Shown here one piece after another: positions 13,240-25,704 of a stretch of DNA of 64,000 nucleotides. Below the pieces are notes generated by a model. It was given only the letters and a program-made list of their open reading frames with translations. It did no database searches and was not told the DNA's origin. A program made the translations under genes and the position numbers. The DNA is from the human T2T-CHM13v2.0 reference genome, Homo sapiens: NCBI GenBank assembly GCA_009914755.4, contig CP068257.2, positions 27,744,001-27,808,000 on the forward strand, given 5' to 3'. How positions within the stretch are numbered: the stretch's first letter is position 1; each line of letters begins with the position of its first letter.

Positions 13240-15758
13240 ATTTTAAGTTCCAGGATACGCGTGCAGAACATTCAGGTTTGTTACATAGGTATACATGTGC
13301 TATGGTGGTTTGCTGCACCTATCAACCCGTCATCTAGATACTAAGCCCCTCACGCCTTAGCTATTTATCTTGATGCTCTCCCTCCCCCTCCCCCACTCCC
13401 CAAACAGGCCCCAATGTGTGTTGTTCCCCTCCTTGTGCCCATGTGTTCTCATTGTTCAGCTCCCACTTATAAGTGAGAACATGGAGTGTTTGGTTTTCTG
13501 TTCCTGTGTTAGTTTGCTGAGGATAATGGCTTCTAGCTCTATTCATGTCCCTGCAAAGGACATGATCTCTTTTCTTTTTATGGTTGCATAGTATTCCATG
13601 GTGTATATGTACCACATTTTCTTTATCCAGTCTATCATTGATGGGCATTTTGGTTAATTCTATGTTTTTGCTGTTGTCGATAGTGCTGCAGTGAACATAC
13701 ATATGCATGTATCTTTATGATAGAATGATTTATATTCCTTTGGGTAGATATCTAATAATGGGACTGCTGAGTCACATAGTATTTCTGGTTCTAGGTCTTT
13801 GAGGAATTGTCACACTGCCTTCCACAATGGTTGAACTAATTTACATTCCCACCAACAGTGTAAAAGCATTCCTATTTCTCCACAGCTTCACCAGCACCTG
13901 TTGTTTCTTGACTTTGAGAATTGTTATTCTGACTGGTGTGAGATGCTGTCTCGTTGTGGTTTTGATTTGCATTTCTCTAGTGATGTTGAACTTTTTTCAT
14001 TTGTTTGTTGGCTGCATAAATGTCCTCTTTTGAGAAGTGTCTGTTCGTGTCCTTTGCCCAGTTTTTTTTTTTTTTTAAGTATTTATTGATCATTCTTGGG
14101 TGTTTCTCGGAGAGGGGGATGTGGCAGGGTCATAGGATAATAGTGGAGAGAAGGTCAGTAGATAAACACGTGAACAAAGGTCTCTGGTTTTCCTAGGCAG
14201 AGGTCCCTGCGGGCTTCCGCAGTGTTTGTGTCCCTGGGTACTTGAGATTAGGGAGTGGTGATGACTCTTAAGGAGCATGCTGCCTTCAAGCATCTGTTTA
14301 ACAAAGCACATCTTGCACCGCCCTTAATCCATTTAACCCTGAGTTGACACAGCACATGTTTCAGAGAGCACGGGGTTGGGAGTAAGGTTATAGATTAACA
14401 GCATCCCAAGGCAGAAGAATTTTTCTTAGTACAGAACAAAATGGAGTCTCCTATGTCTATTTCTTTCTACACAGACACAGTAACAATCTGATCTCTCTTT
14501 CTTTTCCCCACATTTCCCCCTTTTCTTTTTGACAAAACCGCCATCGTCTTCATGGCCCGTTCTCGATGGTCGCTGTCTCTTTGGAGCCGTTGGGTACACC
14601 TCCCAGATGGGGCGGCTGGGCAGAGGCGCTCCTCACTTCCCAGACGGGGTGGCCGGGCAGAGGCGCTCCTCACATCCCAGACGATGCTTTGCCCAGTTTT
14701 TAATTTTTTTTTTTTTGTAAATTTGTTTAAGTTCCTTGTAGATTCTGGATATTAGACCTTTGTCAGATGGTTAGATTGTAAGAATCTTCTCCCATTCTGT
14801 AGGTTTTTTGTTTACTCTGACAGTTTTTTTTCTGTGCAGAAGCTCTTTAGTTTAATTAGATGCCATTTATCAATTTTAGCTTTTGTTGCAGTTGCTTTTG
14901 ACGTTTTCCTCATGAAATCTTTGCCTGTGCCTATGTCCTGAATGGTATTGCCTAGATTTTTTTCTAGGGTTTTTATAGTTTGGGGTGTTAAATTTAAGTC
15001 TTTAATCCATCTTCAGTTAATTTTTGTATGAGGTACAAGGAATGGGTCCAGTTTCAATTTTCTGCATATGGCTAGCCAGTTTTCCCAGCACCATTTATTA
15101 AATAGAGAATCCTTTCTCCGTTGCTTGTTTTTGTCAGGTTTTTCGAAGATCAGATGGTTGTAGATGTACAGTCTTACTTCTGAGATCTCTATTCTGTTCC
15201 ATTGGTCTATGTGTCTGTTTTCATACCAGTACCATGCTGTTTAGGTAATTGTAACCTTGTAGTATAGTTTGAAGTCAGCTAGTGTGATGCCTCCAACTTT
15301 GTTCTTTTTGCTTAGAATTATCTTGGTTATACAGGCTCTTTTTTGGTTCCATATGAATTTTAAAGTTTTTTTTTTTTTCTAATTTTGTGAAGCATGGCAG
15401 TGGTAGTTAAATGGGAATAGTACTGAATTTACAAGTTACTTTGGGCAGCGTGACCATTTTTGTGATATTGATTCTTCCTATCCATGAGCATGGAATGTTT
15501 TTCCATTTGTTTGTGTCCTCTCTGATTTCCTTAGCAGTAGTTTGTAGTTCTCCTTAAATAGGTCCTTCACTTCCCTTGTTAGCTGTATTCCTAGATATTT
15601 TATTCTCTTTGTAGCAATTGTGAATGAGAGCTCATTCATGAGTTGGCTCTCTGCTTGTCTATTCTTGGTGTGTAGAAATGCTTGTGATTTTTGCACATTG
15701 ATTTTTTATCCTGAGACTTTGCTGAAGTTGCTTATCAGCCTAAGAAGCTTTTGGGCTG
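13240..15758 (-). mobile_element. L1PA-type 3' fragment (ORF2 3' end plus 3'UTR), moderately diverged, split by the SVA insertion
   Basis: The minus-orientation L1 3' end ttttaagttccaggatacgcgtgcagaacattcaggtttgttacataggtatacatgtgc... continues through the ORF2 C-terminal region. The L1 resumes after 14702 (gtaaatttgtttaagttccttgtagattctggatattagacctttgtcagatgg...) and ends near ttatcagcctaagaagcttttgggctg. ORF 15478..15696(-) translates as an ORF2 fragment (...[23 protein letters not shown]...). Confidence 0.9.
14062..14687 (-). mobile_element. SVA retrotransposon, 5'-truncated (poly-A, SINE-R region and a short VNTR piece), inserted into the L1 with a 15-bp TSD
   Basis: A 15-nt poly-T (the minus-strand poly-A tail) is followed by aagtatttattgatc (AATAAA signal), then SINE-R/HERV-K-derived sequence (ggagagggggatgtggcagggtcataggataatagtggagagaaggtcagtagataaacacgtgaacaaaggtctctgg...cagaggtccctgcgggcttccgcagtgtttgtgtccctgggtacttgagattagggagtggtgatgactcttaaggagcatgctgccttcaagcatctgtttaacaaagcacatcttgcaccgcccttaatccatttaaccctgagttgacacagcacatgtttcagagagcacggggttgggagtaaggttatagattaacagcatcccaaggcagaag), and VNTR-type units cctcacttcccagacggggtggccgggcagaggcgctcctcacatcccagacg. 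The TSD ctttgcccagttttt occurs at about 14052..14062 and 14688..14702. Confidence 0.85.
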
Positions 15759-16380
15759 CCCAAGCCCCCTTTTTTTTCCCTCCTTAGTCATAAAGGAAAA
15801 AACGATCTAGATTTGGCATCTTCCATAGAAAAGAGGAATAGGTATGTTTGCCTTTCTCACATGGACAGTCGAAGGCGAGTCTTTGTGGGTAGTCCCATCT
15901 AAAGTGTCTAGGAAGCTCCTGTGGACATGGTGCTGGCGTACTGAAGTGGGATCTTCTACTCCTGCTTGATTTTCTGACCTTCTGAGAGTGAGATGGTAAA
16001 AACTGAAATCTCCAGCATGGTCTGCCACTAGAACCTTCATTCTTGCCCTGCCTGCCCCACAGTGCTTAAAATATTAGAACAATATTGCTATTGCTCAAGA
16101 AAGAACCACTTCTGCTAGTGCCAGTGACTCGCTGTTTCTTGAAGGAGTTACAAGCTTTGAAAACATGCAGGAAAATGATGAGGTAGAAACATTCTGATCA
16201 CCTCAAAACAGTACCTGTTCAGTAGTGAAGCCACAGCTTTTTTTTTTTTTTGGTTATTAGCTAGGGCAGACTGATATGGACATTCAAGATGCCATTCACT
16301 TTATTTGGACAAAGCTGGGTGGACTACAGATTGATTTTCACAATTCCACTCCACCTAATTCATGATGAGAAATTCTAAAG

Positions 16381-16687
<307 letters not shown>

Positions 16688-16994
16688 TTAGGGTGTTATT
16701 TTTTGCCTGTATAAAGTGTTTTAGCAAGACTTTGGAGGGGGTGCTGTAGGGGGTGTTAACTGGGTACCCTTTAAACAGGAAAGTCCCCATGATGTCATTT
16801 CTGGATTAAAAGGTATGCATATGTAATTGACATTTCTTGAACGTTCATAATTTGCCAAGTACCATGCCCACTGCTTGATAAACATTATCTAACTTAATCT
16901 TTATAATAACCCTATGAAGTCAATGTTATATGGTTTCTATTTGCAGATGAGACACTGGCATAGGAGGGTCAAGTAACCTTCCCAAGGTCATTGA

Positions 16995-17489
<495 letters not shown>

Positions 17490-19099
17490 TAAATGCATTT
17501 GTTACAGAGCAAGTTTTCTACTCATAGGCTGCCTCTTTTAAGGGAGGCAAAGGGAGCTTCCTTTAATCATCCCATTATGAGACAATTCTTTTGACTTAAA
17601 ATTTGCTGCAACCTGTGACCTGGGAAGAGACCATCTAGGCACCACTGTTTATCTTCTACCATCTCATTTCTAGTCCAGCCACCCGGGAGTGAAGTGATCT
17701 GAATCTCTCAAATGCCAGTTGCTTCTTTTTAATCTTGTCTTCTAGGAAAACAATTTATCCTCCTATTAGCAATATAAATTCCAGTGATCTATCCTTGGAA
17801 AAGCCTATTCAAACATAAAAATACTGACTTTGATCTGATAACAACTTCATAAGTATATACTAGGATTCCAATTTAAATTTTGGCTTGTGACTTTTTGAAT
17901 CAGTTCCTTCCTCCTCTATTTCTTAATTAGTAGACCCATGAGAAATCAAAATGGATGAAAGGAAGGGGAGATATGTACAGTTGCTGAATGATAGGATAAC
18001 TTAATAGTTCTTCTTGCATTAGGGGCAGAGGAGCTGTGAAAGAGAAGGGCACACTTTCCTTAAATGCCTGCTCTGTGTCAGGAACTATATTAGATATAAC
18101 TAGTTGGTTCCACTTCAGAACACTGCTAGACCTGAACCAGGACCTACTGACTCATAAAAGTTTAGAGTTGGAAAGAATCTCAAAGGTCATTTAGTCCAGC
18201 CCTCACCCATTCGGTGAGTCCTCCAACAATATGTTATTTTGTGCTTTCTAGTCCCCTTTTGAACTGTGTATTCCCCACTGCAGCTTATTCCATGGTTAAT
18301 AATTCTAATTATCAAAAAGTTTTAGCATACATTGTATATAACTCTGTCTCCAGGTAATGTCCACCCAGGATTCCTCTTTCTATCCTCTATAGCCCAGACA
18401 GTATGATGCCTCCCTGTGGCAATCTTCCAGGTATTGAAAGTTGGACATGAAGTGGCCCACAGGGCTCCTCCAGGCCAAATGTTATCAAGATGAGTTTAGA
18501 CTTAGGGTTAGTGTGACTCGAGACTCACCAGCCACCTTCAGGGTTCCTGCAGCCCTCCACATCTCATTTTTCCCTGTGGCTCTGGGCTAAGTGTGCATAG
18601 TTGATATCATTCCATAGCCCCTTTCCTCTAAATAAATACTTCTTTAGGCATCAAGATGTATTATTATCCATATATTCACTACCATTTAAGTGTCTAAAAA
18701 GTACACATGCTTTATGTATATTAACTTTATCCCACAGAAAATCCTTGGATGATAGGTGTTAGAACTATATGAAACTGTCATCTTTATAGGTCAGAAATGG
18801 TTGAATATTAGCAATTTCAAGTGGCTTAATTATTACAAATCAGATTTGACAGATGAGAAAAATGGAGACTTGGAAATGTTGCATATATCATTCAAGCCCA
18901 CAAAGCCAGCAAGAGGAGGCTGAGGTCTACACCTGAATCTGTCTAGCTCTAAAGTGGGCTTGTCCTGCTGCACGTGCTGTTTCCATATGCATTATCTTGC
19001 AGTTGCATATGCAACATTCAAAGTAAAGATGAAGGGGTCACAGTCTTTTGGAAAGGAAAGAGGAATTTGAGACATTTACATGTTTGCTAAGTAAATCTT

Positions 19100-19492
19100 T
19101 ATTCCCCATGATGTGGTTTGGCTCTGGGTCCACACCCAAATCTCATCTCAAATTGTAATCCCCGTGTATCAAAGGAGGGACCTGTAATCCTCACGGGTTG
19201 AGGGAGGGAGATGATTGGATCATGGGGACAATTTCCTCCATGCTGTTCTCATAATAGTGAGTGAGATCTCATGAGATCTGATGGTTTTATAAGTGTTTGG
19301 AAGTTCCTCTTTTGTGCTTCTCTCTCCTGCTGCCTTGTGAAGAAGGTGACTGCTTCCCCTTCCACCATGACTGTAAGTTTTCTGAGGCCTCCCCAGCCAT
19401 GTGGAACTGTGAGTCAATTAAACCTCCTTCTTTTGTAAATTACCTGGTCTCAGGTATTTCTTTATAGTAGTGTGAAAACAGACTAATACACC
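19100..19492 (+). mobile_element. MaLR solo LTR (MST/THE1-like, diverged)
   Basis: atgatgtggtttggctctgggtccacacccaaatctcatctcaaattgtaatccc...atgagatctgatggttttataag...cctccccagccatgtggaactgtgagtcaattaaacctcc...tacctggtctcaggtatttctttatagtagtgtgaaaacagactaatac. The downstream sequence is not THE1-int-like. Confidence 0.85.
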
Positions 19493-20061
19493 CCACTTAC
19501 TATGTGTATGACCTCGAGGAATTTATTGAACCTCCCTGAGAAACAATTAGCTCATCTAAAATTGGGTTATTAATATTTAACTTGTAGTACTTGTGTGAGG
19601 ATGAAGTAGATTGATATTCTGTCAAGCTGCTGCCCAGTGCTCTTCGATGCCTGGCATGTCCTGCTCTACATAGAGTTTTAGCCCATTCACTCACTAACTC
19701 ACCTCTGTCAAAGGTAGCCCAATTTGTTTCTGTAAAGGGCCAGTACTAATAATGTAGGCTTTGTGGGCCAAGAGGAAATTTCCTCAACTCTTTGAGCGTG
19801 TGGTCTTTCTGAAAGGCTAATAGTCCTTTTTATGTTTTACTTTTAAAAATGTAAAAACTATTCTTAGCACACAGCCCATACAAAAATAGATGTCTCCAGC
19901 AGCTTCCCACTCATCTCTCTCTCTCAATATTCCTTCCTCATTCATCCAGAAAACAGGAGCTATCAGATGGGATGGGCTCCCTCTGCCATGCCTCCCTTCA
20001 TGCTGCCCACATTCTCTTTCCTGTCTCTGTTTTTAATTTTAATTTTTAATTTTACTGTTTT

Positions 20062-20339
20062 GGGACAGGGTCTGTTTCTGTCACCCAGGCTGGAGTGCAG
20101 TTGTGTGATCTTGGCTCACTGAAGCCTTGACCCCCCAACTCAAGCGATCCTCCCACCTCAGTGTCCCGAGTAGCTGGAATTACAGGTGCCCACCACCACA
20201 CCTGGCTAATTTGAAAATTTTTGTAGAGATGGGGCCTCACTCTGTTACCCAGGCTGGTCTCAAACTTCTGTGCTTAATGGTCCTCCCACCTTGGCCTCCC
20301 AAGTGCTGGGATTACAGGTGTGAGTCACCACACCTGGCC
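20062..20339 (-). mobile_element. Alu (AluS/J-like)
   Basis: gggacagggtctgtttctgtcacccaggctggagtgcagttgtgtgatcttggctcactg...ctcccaagtgctgggattacaggtgtgagtcaccacacctggcc. Confidence 0.85.
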
Positions 20340-21227
20340 TCTTTTCATCTCTGGTCACAGTGAAGGAGCTCACTGGTCTCCTGACCCAGCCAGCCCCTTC
20401 AATTGTACATTATGTCCTGTTGCCTCCCACTTATTCAGGAATATTGTTCCATCCATCCTCTTCTATCTCCTTTAAAGCACTAATATTTCTTCACTGGATC
20501 TTCCCTATCAACATGCAAACATGCTATGATTTGTCGCATTCTAAAAAATTCCCTTGACTCCACTTTCTCCTCCACCTGCCACTTCATATTTCTCCCAGCA
20601 AAACTCCATGAATGAATTAACTACATAGGCTAACTCCAATTTCACTCTTTCCATTCTTTCTTCACCATTACTCTATCAAGGTCAGTAATGACCTTCAGGT
20701 ACTCCAATGAGCAGTTCTCAGTCCCCCAGGACTGACTTTGCCACAGATGGCCACAGGGTCATTCCCTTCTTTCTCGATGAGCCCTTCACTTGCCTTCTGG
20801 GATACCAGGCTGTACTGCCTTTCCTCCTTAGTTGCTGCTGATTCCTTCTCAGCTTCATGGTCTCTTGATTTTGGAGTCCCAAGGATTAGTCCTTGCATGT
20901 CTTCTATTTTTTTAAATCTGCATTCACTCTCATAGTGATTTTGTACAACCTCATGACTTTAAGGACCATCCATATGTTGATGATTCCTATATGTATATCT
21001 CCAGCCTGACCTGTTTCCTGAACTCCGGATTTATATACCTGACTGTCCATTCAACATCTCCCTATTAGGCATGTCAAACTTAGCATGGCCATAACTCAGC
21101 TCCTTATATTCTATTTCACCACCAACAAGATTGGCTCCTCTCACAATCTTTCTCATCTCTGAAAATCACAACTCTATTCTTCCAATTACTCAGGCTAAAA
21201 CCCTGGCTTTACTCTTTTTGAAAATTA

Positions 21228-21862
21228 TTAAAATCAACTCTATGACATATATGTCCAGTAAACTGTAATGTTTAAAGTGTACAACTCAATGAGTTTGGGT
21301 ATACACCCATAATGCCATTGCCACAATTAATTTACAGAACATTTCTATCTCCCTTTGTCACCCATTCCTCCCTTCAAGTCTGTCCCCAAGAGACCACTGA
21401 TTTACTTTTCATCATGGCTAGTTTACATTTTCCGGAATTTTATATAGATGGAGTTATACAGTAGGTACTCTCGTTATGTCTCTTTTACTTAGAGTGAATA
21501 TTTTGATATTTATTCATGTGTGAAATGGTAGTTTGCTTCTTTGTGTTGTGATTAACATTTCATTATATAGACACACCACGATTTGCTTATGCATTCTTCA
21601 TGTGATGAACGTTTGACTTGCTCCCAGTTGTTGGCTATTATGATTAAAGTTGCCATGAACATTCCATAGTGGTCTTTGTGTAGGTATTTGATTTCATTTT
21701 TCTTGAGTAAATCACCTAAGAGTGGCATGTTTGGGTGGGTAGGTGCATTGTGTAGCTTCTTAAGAAACTGCCAAATAATTTTCCAAGGTGGCTGTACCAT
21801 CTTGCATTTCCACGAACAGTGGATTATAGTTCCAGTTCCTCCACATTCTCACTTGACTATAT
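21228..21862 (-). mobile_element. Old L1 (L1M-type) 3' end nested in the L2
   Basis: Reverse-complement L1M 3'UTR/ORF2 end: ...tacaactcaatgagtttgggtatacacccataatgccattgccacaattaatttacagaacatttc...ccactgatttacttttcatcatggctagtttacattttcc...ttgcttatgcattcttcatgtgatgaacgtttgacttgctcc...gtaaatcacctaagagtggcatgtttgggtgggtaggtgc...gaaactgccaaataattttccaaggtggctgtaccatcttgcatttccacgaacagtgg. Confidence 0.75.
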
Positions 21863-22109
21863 CTTTGCTCTCTTTTTCTCATGTCCAGCATCCCATTCAT
21901 TAGCAAGTTCTGTTGCCCAAACCTTCAAAATATACCTAGAATCTTATCCCTTTTCATCCTATTACTGTGACCATTTGGGTCTGAGACAGTCTCATCTCTC
22001 ATTGGATTTTTTGCAATAGCTTCCTGCTTGTACCCTTGTTTTCTTCAGTGTTCTAACACAGCAGTTGAAATAAACCTGTTAAAATATAAGCAGCTTCTAT
22101 CATTCCACT

Positions 22110-22357
22110 GTTTTATTTTATTTGAGACAAAGTCTTGCTCTTTCACCCAGGCTGTCATAACCATAGTTCACTGCAGCCTTGAACTCCTGGGCTCAAGTGA
22201 TTCTCCTGCCTTGGCCTCCCAAGTAGCTAGGACTACAAGCACATGCCACCACACCCAGTTAATTTTTAAGTTTTTGTTGTAGAGAGGTGAGTCTTGCTAT
22301 GTTGCCCAGGCTGGTCATGAATTCCTGGCTTCGAGGGATCCTCTTGTCTCAGCCTCA
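22110..22357 (-). mobile_element. Alu (AluJ-like, diverged and truncated)
   Basis: tttgagacaaagtcttgctctttcacccaggctgtcataaccatagttcactgcagccttgaactcctgggctcaagtgattctcctgccttggcctcccaagtagctaggactacaagcacatgccaccacacccagttaatttttaag... Confidence 0.8.
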
Positions 22358-23659
22358 CTCCACTGTTTATAACTCTCAGTGCCTTCCCATCTCAGAGCTG
22401 ATGCCAAGACATCCCAGTGCATATCTGGCCATCCCTCGCACTCTTTACCTTTCCACCCTCCTACTTCTCTTCCCCTCTTTTCTTTCTCTCTATGCTGTTC
22501 TTTGAACACACAAGTATGCTCCTATCTCAGGGCCTTTGCTGATGCTGTTCTAAGGCTCCCTTCTTTCCCAGATATATGTACATGACTTGCATTCTCATTT
22601 CCTTCAGAACTTTACTCCAATGACACTTTTCCTATGAAGCTTTCTGTGATTCTTCCATTTAAAATTGCACCCTCCCCACACTTTGTTTCATTTCCCTACT
22701 TTATTTTTTGTCATTACACTTATCACCATTTGGTATTCAATATATATTTGTTGATCATCTACTGTGTGCTAAGGATCATTCTAGGTCCCAGGGATGAAAA
22801 TTAAATGGAACAGTCAAAACTCTATCATGATAGAATTTGCACATATATTACTAATTTATCTTGCTTCTCAATTGTTTCCCATTCACTAGAATAAAAGCGT
22901 TGTGATAACAGGGATGCTATTGGTTTTGTTCAGTGCTGCATCGCTAGTGCCTAGAATGCCTGGCAAATAGTAGGCTCTTAACAAACACCAAGCTGTTGTC
23001 TCTTTTTTTTTCCTTTTTTTTTCCAAATAAAAAAAAGCAATCCTTGCTCCAAGTGTGGAATAGATTGCTGCAGTGTCATACTTTAGACCTTGAGGGAATC
23101 TGCAGCCTGTGAAAACTGAAGACACAATTGAATTGCTAATTAAAGATCGGAACCAGTTCAATTCTATGATCCTCTAAGGAAAGGATTTTAAGTGGTGAAG
23201 TAGTATTAATCTCACTTTCCAGACTACTTATCATGGCAGAGCAAAGTTCTCCTTAGCCCCTTCCAAGACCTTTAGACCAGCCTGAGAGCTGAGTGATGAG
23301 GCTGGCTGCTCCACCAATTGCCCCTTCCTTAGGGGACATGTCTTTTAACACTTCTTTCTAGACCAGTGCTTCCCGAAATATAGTCTCTTGACTACCTGCA
23401 TTAGCATTGATCAACTTAACCACTGAATAAGAATCTCTGGAGGTGGGCTTCTAAAAATCTTCATTTTTTACAAACTCTGGAGGTAGTTGGTTAGAATTTG
23501 AAGCTTGCAATTATTTGTTTTAAAATCTGAGTTAGTGCGTCTGGATCCAGGAGGATTAAATTACTGTACTTGATGGCAGTATGGCAGGAAGCATCCGGGG
23601 GTAAATTACAATGTCCAGGAGAGGATTAGAAGCTTTCATTAAAGCTCAACGTTAGTATT

Positions 23660-24135
23660 TTTTTGGCTATGCCCTCGTTACAAGTTGAATTTTATATTCC
23701 CCCCAAATGAAGTTCCAACTCACAGCGCCTCAGAATGTGACCTTAATTGGAAATAGGGACATTGCAGATGTGATTTGTTAAGACAAGGTCACACTGAAGT
23801 AGAGTGGGCCCTAATCGGACTGGTGTCCTCATGAAAAGATCTCCATGTGAAGAGACACAGGGAGAATGTTATGTGAAAATAAGGGATTGGAGGGATACAT
23901 CTGTAAGCCAGGGAACACCAAAAATTGACAGCAAATCCCCAGAAGTTAGGAAGAGGCAAGGGTTTTCTCTACAGATTTCAGAGGGAGCATGGTCCTGCTG
24001 ACACCTTGATTTTGGACTTCTAGCCTCCAGAACTGTGAACATTTCTGAACAACACATTTGAAAAATACATTTCTGTTGTCTTAAGTCACCAATTTTGTGG
24101 TACTTTGTTATGGCAGCCCCAGGAAACTCACAGGA
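23660..24135 (+). mobile_element. MaLR LTR, MLT1-type
   Basis: ...ccccaaatgaagttccaact...cagaatgtgaccttaattggaaatagggacattgcagatgtgatttgttaagacaaggtcacactgaagtagagtgggccctaatc...ctgctgacaccttgattttggacttctagcctccagaactgtgaacat...tttctgttgtcttaagtcaccaattttgtggtactttgttatggcagccccaggaaactcacag. Confidence 0.85.
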
Positions 24136-24934
24136 AACCTTTATGTTTCACTAACAGCTACAATGATATTGTTGAGATGGGACTGTAGATGAAAGAACAA
24201 GCAGGAGTGATAACTTCAGGGATTTTTAGAACTCAGGAAATTTTAAATGGAGGCTTGAGATTTCCCTAAAGGATAGACAGATAGACCACTGGAAGACTGG
24301 GAAACCAAGAAAAATGTCAACACCTACATGAAAGCTGATGTATGATGTAAGTGGCATTGTTAAATCAGTGAGAAAGCAATGGACTAGATAACATGTAGGA
24401 GTGGGAAAATTGGCTATCCACATGCAAAAATAAAACTAGAGCTCATATAATAATAAGAGTAATCCCTTCCACTGCACTCAGTAGGTGCTGTTCTAAAAGG
24501 TTTTGTATATTCTAATTGCAACTTTACTCTTACCTATGAGTAATATTATATATTCTAATTGCAACTTTACTCATACCTATGATTAGGTACCCATTTACAG
24601 ATTAAGAAACTGGAGTACGTGGAAGTTAAATGACAGGTTAAAAAGTGGCAGAGCTGAGAAGTGAACCCAGGTAGTCTGCCTCCGGACTCCATGCTCTCAA
24701 TCACGATGCCATGCTGCTTTGCATCTCCTAGGGATGTGAACTCAAGGTTCGTTCAACACCTGACTGTGAAAATAGAAACTCTAAAAATTTAGAAGAAAAT
24801 AAAGGATAATATCTTCAAGACTTTAGGGTAGGGAATAAAGAAAACAGAAAACATACAAATTATAGAGATAAATATTGACAACACAAACTACATAAAACAT
24901 TTTTGTTCATCAAAAGGTATTATAATAAGAAAGA

Positions 24935-25690
24935 AAAATATTTGCAGCATGTATAATCAATAGAAGATTAATATCCAGTTTATATAAGAAATTCTCTACA
25001 TCAATAAGAAAAGCACAACAAACAACATTATCAAAAAATGGTCCCCCCCAAAAAAAAGAACATGGAATCTCACAGAAATAATAAATTACAAATACTGATT
25101 TGAAGAGATTATTAACTCCACTAGTAATGTGGATAATGGTAAAAGAAATCACTGTGAGGTATAATTTGACACTCATCATACTGGCAGAAAATTTAAAGTC
25201 TGACAATACCAAATGGTTACAAGGATATAAGGCAATAACAATTCCTATGCACAGCAAGGGGGAATTTAGATTTGTGTAGCCACTTTGGAGATCAATTTTG
25301 CAATATTTAGTAAAGTTGGAAATTAATTTCCTCTGTGACTCAGCAGCTTTTACTCTAGAAATATACCCTAGGACATCTTGCCCATATTCCCAGGGAGACA
25401 GAGCCAAATGGTTTATTGTAGCAAACACTTAGAAACAGCTTCAGTAGCCATCAACAGAAATGTGGATTAACTCATGGTGGAGTGTTCATATGATAGATAC
25501 TATGTAATACTGAAAATTAATGAACTAGAGCCAAATACATTCATGAAAGAACCTCATAAACATAATGTTGCTTGAAAAAGCAAATTGAATAAAAATATAT
25601 AAAAATTTAAAACATACAAATAAGACTAAAAGTTAAAAAATAAAAGAAGAACATATAAAGGTAAAAAATATACAATACAAATACATGCAC
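24935..25690 (+). mobile_element. Old L1 (L1M/L1PB-type) 3' end with an A-rich tail
   Basis: ORF2 C-terminus/3'UTR-like sequence: ...aatggtaaaagaaatcactgtgaggtataatttgacactcatcatactggcagaaaatttaaag...aatttcctctgtgactcagcagcttttactctagaaatataccctaggacatcttgcccatattcccagggagacagagccaaatggtttattgtagcaaacacttagaaacagcttcagtagccatcaacagaaatgtggattaactcatggtggagtg..., ending in an A-rich tail. The 172-aa ORF at 24910..25428(-) is antisense to this element. Confidence 0.8.
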
Positions 25691-25704
25691 CTACTATGTA
25701 CCCA

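Larger units (their letters stand above)
20985..22790 (+). mobile_element. L2 (LINE-2) 3'-region fragment, split by the later L1M and Alu insertions
   Basis: Segments 20985..21227, 21863..22109 and 22358..~22775 are collinear with the L2 3' portion (...catgtcaaacttagcatggccataactcagctcc...; ...caaaccttcaaaatatacctagaatc...tctcatctctcattggattttttgcaatagcttcctgcttg...; ...ctcagggcctttgctgatgctgttc...ccatttaaaattgcaccctcccc...cacttatcaccatttggtattcaatatatatttgttgatca). Boundaries are loose. Confidence 0.5.

Noticed and set aside
15807-16040. 77-aa minus-strand ORF in non-repeat sequence just outside the L1
   Set aside because: There is no start-codon context, splice-site pair or domain similarity that I can recognise. 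A 77-codon open frame is expected by chance in 64 kb.
24910-25428. 172-aa ORF on the minus strand
   Set aside because: It lies antisense to an old L1 (L1M/L1PB) 3' end. It is AT-rich and hydrophobic, has no recognisable domain, and is a random frame in TE sequence.
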